DNA of 64,000 nucleotides. It comes from Callorhinchus milii. Lineage: Eukaryota. The notes beneath the pieces were generated by a model that ran no database searches, was not told the DNA's origin, and saw nothing but the letters and a program-made list of their open reading frames with translations. Location: the NCBI RefSeq assembly GCF_018977255.1, contig NW_024704743.1, positions 11,162,001 to 11,226,000 of the forward strand. The letters run 5' to 3'. The position numbers and the translations under genes are program-made. Shown piece after piece: positions 12,401 to 24,400 of this stretch; position 1 is the stretch's first letter; every line of letters begins with the position of its first letter.

Positions 12401-15400
12401 CATAGCAATGTCCCACAAACAGCTTGAAGTGAATGACCAATTTTATCTGGATACTAGGAAACTTAAGTAGTGTCATGGACCTTGGTTTGATGTCTTAACT
12501 GAAGATGCTACCTCCTACAATATTTTGCTCCCCCAGTACTGCACTGAAGGGTCAGCCCTGGATTGTGAGCTCAAAGTCCCAATATGGGGCTTGAACCCAC
12601 AGTTTTCTGACTCCGAGGCGAGCGTGCTACCAACTGATTCAGTCTGACAAATAAAGGGAATTGAAGTCGCTGAGCTGGATTCAAATTCTTGGATATGTGA
12701 TATGTAAACTTTGGCTCAGAGTTCAGGTCACTTGCAATGTTGAGCTCAAATGAAGACCACCCATGTCACTCGGAATTTGTTGCTTGAGATTTCAGTGGCC
12801 ATCTTAATGTGCTTTCTTTTTACAGTACTCTACAATTTTCAACCTGTCTGTGGTACCATTTATGTTGTTCTTTCTCTGCAAATAAAGAGTATTGCTGTTG
12901 CATAGGTAATGATGTATTTTATGTATTTTACAGGATGCAAAGAGTTTGAATTCATTTTGCAACTTGCCTTATGATTGAATTACAATTTTCAGTTTCATTG
13001 CAATTGAGAGTGACAAAAGTAGATTACATATGCAATAAATCCCATTATAAATCAGCCCTCTAAATCCAAACTCTCAGATAAAAATAATATAAATAATGAT
13101 CCTTGCGATTGATATAGAGCTTTTTGCATCTTCGAGCAGTCTCAAAGCACTTCACAGAATAAACTGTAAAGTGAATTGACTGTATATTTGTGGGCGAAAT
13201 GCGGCAGCCAATTGTGCACAGCAGCGTCCCACGAACAGTCGTGGATTGAAATGGCCAATTTTTTTTTGGAAGGATTATCATCAGGGGTATGGAGTAAGGA
13301 AACTCGCCCAAGGTTTCATCCTGCTGGGAATCAAATCCAGGCTTGCAAAGCGAGCGCTCTAACCACTGAGCTGCAGGACTCCACAGATAACCTAATTAAA
13401 AAATAAAATGTTATCTGATGATCCAGACCGGCTTTTGTTCTAGTGCTTCTAAGTGCTGGAAGCTGGCTAACCCAGGCAACAGGGCACTTACAAGTGCACC
13501 ATTGTTTTTAAAGAGGCACATTATAACTGGTTTCTACTGTTAGCTACATTGACATTATTTCATGATATCATTAGAAGATTTTGATTATTATAAATTATTA
13601 TTGTAGGATTAAAATAAGTAATATTTATGCACAGCTATATTTTACAAATTTGTTTTATCAATATAGTACAAATTTGCATTTATACCTTTCACATTGGGAG
13701 GACTTGCCGAGGTGCTTAACAATCCTGGCTTGGTACCCAAGCTTTGGGTGTGAAACTATGGGGATCGGAAGGAAAAAGATCGTAAAAGAATTATCAGACC
13801 TAATTATAAATATTTATAAAGTTAGTCACAACGGCTGACCAGTTTGGCAGCTTACTTAACCACAAAAGTGACTGCTTCCATTAACCCAATTATTATTTAT
13901 CAATCACAATGTTCATTGCACCACAGGAGAACCAGCACCAGTTGGCGTTGTCTATGAGTCCAGATGAAGCTTACTTTGCAAATCAGGCTAAAATTGAGAA
14001 AGAAAAGTTACAACAGAAGACCAGTTCTCTTTCTGAGGAAGAAAAATTAAACATTGTCAAAAAAGGTGGGAACAGTCACCGGTTTATTTGCAGTATGATG
14101 TTTCTTAGAGGTTTAGATGTTGTAGCTATATACTCCTTGTATTTTGTTATGTTTCAGTATTTAATTCAAAAATCCGTTGGTGTTGATGTGTTTAAAGTTT
14201 GTGAAGCAATTTTGATTTGGGGTTTTGGATTCAAATGTTGTTATCCTTGGTTACATTGGCATATGAAAGCTGTAGAAATATGGTCATGTGGTCAGGATAT
14301 TTACCATCTACCATTTTGTTTTCTGCCCCAAAGCATCCACAAATTTTAAATCGTCCAGCATACCACTGTGTGACCAAAATAATCTATGAATGAAGTGTGC
14401 GATCGCAATAATTCTGCAATTGTTGCATAGTGTTTTTCCACATATAATTACAACTCTTCTTTTCCACTTTAGATAGATAACTTTATTTTTAATTGTATTT
14501 GGTATAGAAGTCATTGAATGAATAAGGTGGAAGAAGAAACATTAAAATTAGTTAATTTCAACATAGGATAACATTGCTGTCTTTATTTTCATTTTTGAAT
14601 GCTGGATACTATCTTTCATATGCAGGTACAGGACATCCCAATACAGAGCAATTTTCGGTTTAGCTCAGATATCCTGTAGATGTGGTTAACATAAGTGTGG
14701 TAGATTAGTTCCCTGCACGCAGTGTTTTCGTTGCTAAACAATTGGCATTTTCTGTATCATCAAATATCACTGGCGTGATATTCAGCATGCTGCATATGTG
14801 GTTAAATGCAGGAAGCATCGCTGATGTCACTTTGAAAGGGAAACGATGTTTAGCAATAGGTCTCACGACCTGGAAGGCGTCCATCTTTTTTAGGATCCCT
14901 TCTTATAATGTGGGCTCTGAGGTTAGGGACTCAAACCACTGTATTATAATGGGATCAACCTGTATTCCAAAAATGTCTTTTTTTTCCCTTCAGGGCTGGA
15001 GCTGATGACTGCTCAGAGGACACTAGAGGATGTATCGTGTCTCCCAGCACTAAAGGTTTCTGATATTCAGCCCATGTTCACATTTACGCCTGTGGAAATG
15101 GAATATGTAGGTAAGATCATGAAATGGGATTTTCTCATCTTGTACAGGACCAGCTCAGGATATACAATGTTCTAGACTGCTGTACTTTTCATAGCAGTTA
15201 ATATATTTGAATAACTCAATTATGTTGAGTTTGATTTATTTATTTGGTTTCTCTGTGCCATGGGTCTTTCCCATATGGAGAGGCTTCACTGGCTAGAGCC
15301 CTAGTCCCATGTCCCCTGCTGGTACTGCTTTCTAAGAGTTGTGTGAATTTAACCACTGATTATTGGTTTGTTTACTTCCCTTACATTAGTGAAGCACCTG

Positions 15401-18400
15401 CCTGCACTTTTGTTCAGGAGTTTAGTGAAGATTGGAAACTCATTCTGTGGAGTATTACAAATGCAAAGTTTTGTCCGTTCATTTTCAGTATCGTATCACT
15501 CTTGTCTTTTAAAAATTGAGACCATCGCTATTGCAAATCGTACATTTTGGCCAATGGAGTTTTTACCTTCCAAGATACTTTTCAAGATGCTGCTGTATAT
15601 ATTAAATTCACTCAAGCTCTACTCTATGATCTTTTTGTATTTTTTAAAAAATTTGATTCCTATATATTTCCAAACAAGCCATTATATTATAAAATAGCAA
15701 CGGGATAGTGGATGACTTCTGCTGGAAGTGTACATAACTTAGTTTCAGCAGATGCTCAGCAGTTTTGAAATTATTTTTTGAAACATATTCCAGTTTGCAT
15801 GAGATCATAAATTGTATGGGGGGGGTCTACCATTTCTTGCAAATGAATAAATAAAATTCTGAATTAAATCCATCCACTGTTTCAGCCCAACCTACCCCTA
15901 CAACTTCCTTAAACCCTACCAACCTGGCCACATCCTTTGCTCAGCAAGCATCTTGTTATGTTCCCCACCAGGGCTTACCCTACCGCCTTGACCATAGTTT
16001 CAGAAATTTGCTGCTGCCTTTCGCCCACAAAATACAGTCAATCCAATTTACAGTAAATCGTGTGAAGCTCCTTGAGAGGTCTCCAATGCAAGGATTATTA
16101 ACAATAAAATCCGAAAAATCAATGATTAATTACGGCGAATCACATTAATCAAGATCTTGTAAAAGAATCTTAAAACTGAATTAGATTTAGCTTTAAATAA
16201 CATTGTTTTCTTACTTTATTTTCTTTCAGCTGGTGAGGTTCCCGTTCAGTATTGTGCCCAACCTACAAATGGAGTTGTTTATTTCAGGGCTTTTACAAAC
16301 CTTAACACATTGCCTGAGGATCTGAAACTTTACGTGCCACTTTTCTGCAATGTGATCACAAGGTAACTTTGTCGAGTGCTTGCCTGTAACATAGCTTTTC
16401 TACTGTCAGCTCTCCGTGGTGGTTTCGGTGATTCGATATCTCAACCAGACAAGTCACTGGTATGCATTACACATGCAGTGAAAGAGACTATCGCACCTCA
16501 TTTTAGCTTGGGTTGGGATTTTATGGATTCTAACCACTGTAGTTGAAACTAGAGAGAGGGAGACTCACTGCTGAGTTTTAAATAAAACGCTCTTGCTGAT
16601 GATGATTGACGTATTGCTGGATATTGATATGGTCGAGGTGAATATACATATTATCATGCCGTATCTGATATGATAGGATTGAGTTCAAGATCCTGTTCTT
16701 GCATTTTTAATCCATCCATTGTCTCAGCCCACTCTACCTCTGTGACCTCCTAAAACCCAACTGAGCAGGCTGCTCCCTTCACTCAGCAAGTACCTGTCTG
16801 TTGTTTGTTCCTGCCCTACCTGCTTCACCATTGGTTGGCGGGCTTTCAAACTTTCTGCACCCACTCTAAAACTCCATCCTGTTACTGTAGACTGTTAAGC
16901 GCTTTGGGATGTCCTCCCGACGTGAAAGGCGCAATGTAACTATAAATTTATATTGTATTGATTTATGTGTGTCCCACCTGGTTCTGGAGGCAGACACATC
17001 TCTGGTCAGAAGATTACAATTTCGATCCCCACATTGCAACTTTGAACCCATTGAGACTTTGACGTCATAAACTGCTATAACAAATACAAGGATTATTTAT
17101 TTGTGTCAGCCTGGTGCAGTGGTAGCACTCTCGCCTCTGAGTCAGATGGTTGGGGGTTCAAAGCCCACGTCGGGACTTAGAATCACGTTGTCTAAACTGA
17201 CGATCCAATGCAACGTTGGGAGAGTGTTTCATTGCCAAAGTTGCATCCTTCGGGTGACATTCTAAACTGAGGTCCTATCTGTCTCCTCCAGCAGCGACTC
17301 CCAGTCTACTGATGTCTTGTCTGGTTCGAGTCCTACCTCACAAACCGCCAGCAGTACATCTGCACAAATGGCTCCTCCTCCCACTCTCACCCGGTTCCCT
17401 GCGGGGTGCCCCAAGGATCCATCCTTGGCCCCGTCCTCTTTCTGATCTACATGCTCCCTCTTGGGGATGTCATCCGCAGCCATGGGGTACACTTCCACAT
17501 GTATGCAGACGTCACCCAACTCTATCTTTCCACCTCTCTTTGCGACCCCCAGTCTCCTGATGTTCTGTCAGCCTGCCTGTCAGATCTTAGGGGCTGGATG
17601 AGTGCAAACTTCCTTCAGCTGAACGTTGACAAGACGGAAGCCATTCTCTGGCTCTCGTCAACGTCTAAAATCTCACGGCTCTCACCTCCTCCACCTACCC
17701 GACCTCCCCCCTAAAACTCTCCGAACGTGTACGCTACCTGGGCGTCAGGTTCGACCCCCATTTATCCTTCCTCCCCCACATCCGGTCCCTCACCAGCACC
17801 ACTTTCTTCCGCCTCCGACGCATCGCCCATCTCTGCCAATACCTCTCCCCAAAAGCCGCTAAAACCATTGTCCATGCTTTGTCACCTCTCAGCTGGACTA
17901 CTCTAATGCCCTCCTCACCGGTCTCCCATCCACTACCGTCCATAAAATCCAAATCATTCAAAACTGCCGCCCGCATTCTCACCCGCACGAAACTCCGCTC
18001 CCCGATCACCCCAGTCCCTGCCAGACTGCACTGGCTGCCTATCCCAGAGAGGATCAATTTCAAGATCCTCACCCTCGTATTCAAGTCCCTGCACTCCTCT
18101 TCACCCTCTGACCTCCTCTCCCCTCAAAACAGTACCAATTGCCTTCGTTCCTCCAGGTCTGACCTCCTCCTCGTCCCCCGAGTCATCCACTCCACCCTCG
18201 GCGGCCGTGCCTTCAGCTACTATGCCCCGAGGCTCTGGAACTGCCTTCCTCACTCCCTTTGCCTCGCTCCCTCCCTTCCCATTTTCAGGTCTCTGCTGAA
18301 GACCTTTCTTTTCGACCGCGCCTTTGCTCACCTTCCTCCCCCTCCCCTTGGCTCGGCCCCGGGATCCGTTTCTGTAAAGCGCTCTGAGACGCTGTCCGGC

Positions 18401-21400
18401 GTGGAGGGCGCTATATAAATCCAAGTTGCTGTTGTTGCCGCCTCCATCCGTACCTCACAACCAACGCAGCTGAAACCCATCTGTCTCCTCCAGCAGCGAC
18501 TCCCAGTCCGCTGATGTCAGCTTGTTTGAAGGCTTGGATGAGCGCATATTTCTACAGCTGAATGTTGGCAAGACAGAAGCGATACTGTTCAGCTCCTGTA
18601 AATGTCTACTCTCCTGCAGTGGATATACCTTTATCGCTTCCACAGCTCTACCATACACCAAACACAAAATTCAATTAATTCGAAACTCTGTGGCCCAGAT
18701 ACTCACCTGCACAAAACTCTGTATCTCCATCACACCAGTCCTTGCCAGGCTCCACTGTCTCCCAATTACCGAACGGATTGATTTGAAGATCTTCTCACTC
18801 ATTTTCAAATCCCCTCACATCCCTACCTATCCAATCTGCTTAACCACCTGCTGTCTCCACTCGGCTGGCTCTGGCCTCCTGTTTGTCCCTCGTACCCTCC
18901 GTTCCACCATCGGTGGCCATACCTTCAACCACTGCGCTGGAGCTCTGTCCCTCAATCCTTCTTACCCCATATCTCCCCACTTTCAAATCCCACTTAAAGA
19001 CCTTCATTTCTTTATTGTGCTTACGGTCACCTCTCCCCCTGGCTCGTTGTCAGACTCTGTTGTTCTCAGCTACCCCATGTGAAAGGGCACTATATAAATG
19101 CAAGTTGTTGTCTGTTTAGGTAGTTAAAACATCCCATGGCACTGTTCGAAAAGATAAGGGAGTTTCTCCCAGTGTCCTGGGAGGCCAACAGTCCCCCAAA
19201 TAAAATGTGTCACTCACTCTATGACTGTTTGTGAGACATTGCTGTGCGTAACTGACCCATCACATTTTGCTCACAAAATACAGTCAATCCACTTTACAGT
19301 ATATCTTGTGAAGATCTTTGAGACGTCTCAACAATGTGATAACTCGCTATATCAAATGCAAGGATCATTATTATTTTTATTATTCATGATGAGTGTTAAT
19401 ATTTTAAAATTCAAGGAATGTTTAATAGTAAGAATTTATGCCCCAAACTATTTTCAGGATGGGATGTGGAGTCCTTGATTACAGACAGCAGGCTCAAAGG
19501 ATTGAGCTGAAGACTGGAGGCATGTCTGCCTCGCCTCAGGTCCTCCAAGACAATACTAATCTTGATATGTATGAACAGGTCAGTAAAGGGTATTTTTCAG
19601 GGCTTAGTTAAACACCATACAGTGGCAGAAGTCAGTTAACATGTCATTACAGTTTGAAAGGAAGAGGTGAAGAACATACACAAGGTAAGCAAGAAGGCCA
19701 CTTATACATCAAGCCTACCTTTTACACAAAAAANTATATATGTTGTATCAGTACATACCCACCAAGAAGACTCCATTGTGATTGTACTTCACACAGTAAT
19801 AATATAAGAGAAAGAATAATGGTTTGAAGTATGCCAGTGTGGGTACTTTAACAGTACATTTGATATTTATCACTCTGGAAAGGCTTGATCTACCCAGTGC
19901 TCAGTGGCTGTGTCCATGAAGCTGGGCCCACACCATTGAACTTACACCATCTGGAATGCCTCAATTCACCCAGCGTCTCAGAACCTCAGCACTGAGAATA
20001 CCATTGGAGAGGAGGTGAAATCTTCCTGCAATGTGAATTAGATATAATAAATATCAAATAAAGGATTAAATTGACCTCATTGTGTAGTTTAATGTAGATT
20101 CGCTCCTTTTTGGGAAGGGGAGGAGTAGTTTTAATTTTTGCAGGAGTAGTATATAGATAGTACTTCAAAGTCCTACCTTTGTTTGAATCTTCATTTACAA
20201 AGTTTACTCTGCTGTGTTTTCTAAATCTGCTCTGTTTTGAGATGCCCTCCTGAAGTGAAGGGCACTGTATACATATATATGTGTTGAAATTTCTATAATA
20301 TCTGATCTATTTAATACAATAACACCTTGTTTCCTTCATTGTAGGGCGTGATGTTTACATCTCTGTGTTTGGACAGAAATCTGTCTGATATGATGCAGCT
20401 GTGGGCAGACATTTTTAACAAGTGAGAGATACAATGCTTTTGATCTAAAACAAAACGGTTTGAAGAGTTGTTGCACTGCAGCAACTGATCAATCTTGCTT
20501 CGGGGTTGTCGGGTTACTACATTATCACTTCCTGTTTTCTGCATATGCACAAAATGGGAAGTGTTGTCACTAATGATCTGGAAGTTGGCCATTTTTAGAG
20601 CAGGAAGCAAAAAGACCAACTTCCATTTCATTCGGCGATTGTCGATGTCACATCCTGCTTTGTGCATGTGCAGCAAAGTGAAAGGTAAGGGCAACCTAAT
20701 AATCTGAAAGTTGTCCATTTGAAAAAAGGCAGCTGATGCACAGAAAGCAAGCAGCCTGGCTCCATGCACATTCAATGAATGCGGTCCACAGTAAAGTTCA
20801 GTGAATCAATCATAATTAGTAGGGTTGCACTGTTTAATGCCTATCCTTTATCGTCACTTGGTCAAAATCCTACAATTTCCTACCCAACAACGTCGTGGAG
20901 CATCCACTCCATAAGGACTGCAATAACAGCTTACATTTATATAACGTCCTTCACTCAGGCAGTTTCTCGAAGTGCTTAACAATGGCGGAGCCTGACACCG
21001 AGCCGGGGGTGAAGGGAGGAGGTGACTCTAAGCACGGTCGAAGAGGAAGGTCTTCAGTCATGATCTAAAAGAGGGGAAAGGGGAGGCAAGGCGGAGGGAT
21101 TGAGACAGAGTTCCAAAGCTTCGGGGTGTAGAGGCCAAACGGACGTTTGCAGCAGTTTAAAGAGAAGGCCCACCATAAACTTAGGGCAACCATGGATGGC
21201 AAATAAATTTTGGTCCTGCTAGATTCGTGCACATCCGAGATGAATATAAAACGTTTGTGCGATGGGGACTATTTTTGCTGTTGTAATTGCTTCTCTTCAT
21301 TAATCTGAGGCATCTCAGTAAAATAATCCTCAAACATTCTAACTGGACAGTTAACAGCACTTGCATTCACTTGTTACTGGTACTGTGATTAATCTGTGCA

Positions 21401-24400
21401 AAATCATTCAACAGTAGAAATTGGCACGTAATTACTTTTTATTTAACGATCGTAACTGTATTGCATATTTCTTAAAACAATATCCAATACAATATCCTTT
21501 GCATATTGCATAGCATATTTTTGAAAGTGGGTATTGAAAACTATCAGTTAATCATAAATATGAAGTTAGCTTTAAATTTGTATTTTGTGATTCTAGTAAC
21601 CAGTTTGCATTTTGTAGCCCACGCTTTGATGATGAGGAGTATTTACGAGTCTTGGTTACAATGGCTGCTCAGGAACTATCAAATGGAATTCCAGATTCTG
21701 GACACTTGTATGCATCTGTTCAAGCCAGCAAAACCCTAACTCCAGCAGGAAACTTAGCAGAAATGTTTGATGGAATAAGTCAGGTAGGATAAAAGTCTAT
21801 TGGTTTCTATTTTATCGACTAAGGTGAGGGTTTATTGTAGAATTGTAGCATTTTATGTCACAGAAGCTCATCAAATTACCACCTTCCTGTGTGGGAGATT
21901 AAGCGTGGTCTCCTTGGAGCTGATTCAAGGTGACATTTTGGAAACGGAATGTCAGAATTCAGCTGAGCCAGGCTGAATTTTCATCGGCAGGATTTGAAAG
22001 GGCAGACAAAAGGGCAGATAAATATCTCTGGAATGTGGGATGCATGGAACTCTGGTTTGGATACTTCAGCAGGATGATAAGTCAGTCGTAGACCCAGCTG
22101 ACAAAAAAAAATGAGTTTGGCACCTGACCCTCAAAACCTTCAGACTCGGAGGAGAGAGAACAACAACAAGATTCCATTTATTGAGCGCCTTTCACGTCGG
22201 GAGGATGTCCCAAGGCGCTATACAGTTGGGTCAGGACCTGAGCAAGGGGGAATTGGTCAGGGTGAGGGGAGGGAAGGGAGGGAGCAAGGAAGGGGTAGAG
22301 AGTCGAGAGGGGAGCTGAAGGCACGGTCAAAGAGAAAGGTCTTGAGACCGGCCTTGAAGGAGGAAAGGGAGGAAGCAAGGCAAAGGCACTGGGGGATAGA
22401 GTTCCAGAGCCTAGGGGCTGAGAGGCTGAAGGCCCGGTCACCGATGGTAGGGCGGTTGGGGCGGGGGATGTGGAGCAGACCGGAGCCAGAGGAACGGAGG
22501 GTACGGGCAGGTAGGTAGGGGGATAGTAGGTCGGAGAGGTAGGAGGGAGCAAGGCCGTCAGTGGCCTTGTAGGTGAGGATGAGGATCTTGAGTTCGATCC
22601 TCTGGGGGATGGGGAGCCAGTGGAGGTGAGCGAGTGTGGGAGTGATGTGGTCCTGGAGCCTGGTGCGGGACAGTACACGAGCTGCAGAGTTCTGAATGAC
22701 CTGCAGCTTGTGGAGGGAGGTGCCGGGAAGGCCGGCGAGGAGAGAGTTCCCATAGTCCAGCCTTGAGGTGATAAAGGCGTGGACCAGAGTTTCAGCAGCG
22801 TGAGGGGTGAGGTAGTTCCGTAGTCTGGCGACATTCCGGAGGTGATGGAAGGCGGTGCCAGTTGTGGCGCGGATATGAGGGAGAAAGGACAGCTCAGGGT
22901 CGAACAGAACACCGAGGTTCCTGACTGGCTTTGAGAGGTGTAGAGTGCAGCCTTGGATGCTGATGCTGTCAGCGCCTGAGGTGCGGAGGCGCTGACGCGA
23001 GCCAATCAGGAGGGCCTCAGTTTTGCGCACGTTGAGCTGGAGAAAGTTATCTCTCGTCCAGGACTCGATGTCGGACAGGCAGCTGTCAGGACATCGGTGG
23101 TCGTGGAGTTGAGGGTAGAGGAGGAAAGGTAGAGTTGGGTGTCATCCGCATACATGTGGAAGTTAACCCCATGTCTGCGGATGATGTCACCGAGGGGGAG
23201 CATATAGAGGGTGAAGAGGAGGGGACCGAGGACAGAGCCCTGAGGGACACCGCACGAGACAGTGCGGGGACTGGAGGATAAACCATTTGTGGAGACAACT
23301 TGAAGACGGTGGGAGAGGTACGACCTAAACCACTCAAGGACAGGGCCTTGAAGGTTTAGGTGGGAGGACAAGCGGTGGAGGAGGATAGCATGGTCGACCG
23401 TATCGAATGCTGCCGATAGGTCGAGGAGGACGAGGAGGCAGAGGGAGCCCTGGTCACAGATGGTCAGGATGTCATTGGTGACCTTGACCAGGGCAGTTTC
23501 TGTGCTATGGGCAGCACGGAAACCCGACTGAAGGGGTTCGAATAATGAATGGGTGGAGAGGAAAGAGCGCAGCTGGGAGGCGACAACTCTTTCCAGGACC
23601 TTGGACAGGAAGGGGAGGTTGGAGATGGGCCGGTAGCTTGATAGCTGCGACGCATCAAGGGAGGGTTTTTTCAAGGTGGGAGTGATGATGGCAGTTTTTA
23701 AGGGAATGGGAATAGTGCCAGAGGAGAGGGACAGGTTGACGATGTCTGTGATATGTGGGGCAAGGAGGTGGAGCTGGGAGATAAGGAGTGGAGTGGGGAT
23801 GGGGTCAAGGGAGCAGGTGGTGGGTTTCAGGGATAGGATGAGTTTGGTGACAGAGGGTGGGGAAACGGGTACGAAGGTGTGTAGGGGAGGATGGGTAGGA
23901 GTCGGAGTGTGGGAGGGAAGGGGTGGGGGTGGGTGGATGTTGGAGGGGAAGTGACCGCGGAGCGAATTCCCTTGATTTTGGATTCAAGGAAATCCAGCAT
24001 CTCCTCGCAGTGAAGGTTGGAGGAGATGACCTGCGCGGGGTGGCGGGGGGACGGAGGAGTTGGGATGTGGTAGAGAACAGTAGCCTTGGGTTGTCCTTCG
24101 CCTCCAGGATTATCCTGGAGTAGAAGGACGATTTGGCCGAGGCTAGAGTGGAGCGGTAGATTTTGAGGAGGTCCAGCCAGATTTGTCGGTGGACCGTTAG
24201 GCCAGATTTGACGCAGGTGCGTTCAGCGGCCCGCACCTGGCTCTTCAGTGAGCGGAGGTGGGTGGTGAACCAGGGGGAGGAGCGAGAGTAGGAGACAGTA
24301 CGGGAGGTGATGGGGGCAAGAGTTTCAAGTGTGGAGGAGAGGGTGTTGTGGAGGAGGGTGAGAGCAGAAGAGGGGTCAGTGAGGGTTGAAGGCCAGAGGG

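Larger units (their letters stand above)
17103..19385 (+). mobile_element. Older Deu-domain-type SINE split by L2 cluster (parts 17103-17283 and 19111-19385)
   Basis: Head GTCAGCCTGG..GGTAGCACTCTCGCCTCTGAGTCAG; body resumes at TGTTTAGGTAG..ATCCCATGGCACTGTTC. Related fragments lie near 10120-10405, 12060-12650, 31250-31540, 50845-51240 and 56600-56830. Confidence 0.75.

Noticed and set aside
16599..16670. C/D-box-like ATGATGA...CTGA in a PITRM1 intron (similar on minus at 63603-63698)
   Set aside because: No convincing terminal stem, internal boxes or recognisable guide sequence.
19734..19734. Single N base
   Set aside because: Sequencing or assembly ambiguity.
22178..23005. Long Pro/Ser-rich ORFs (275, 275 and 266 aa) repeated in several places
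   Set aside because: Alternate frames of the C-rich, stop-poor L2 3' region; they recur because of copy number, not a second gene.
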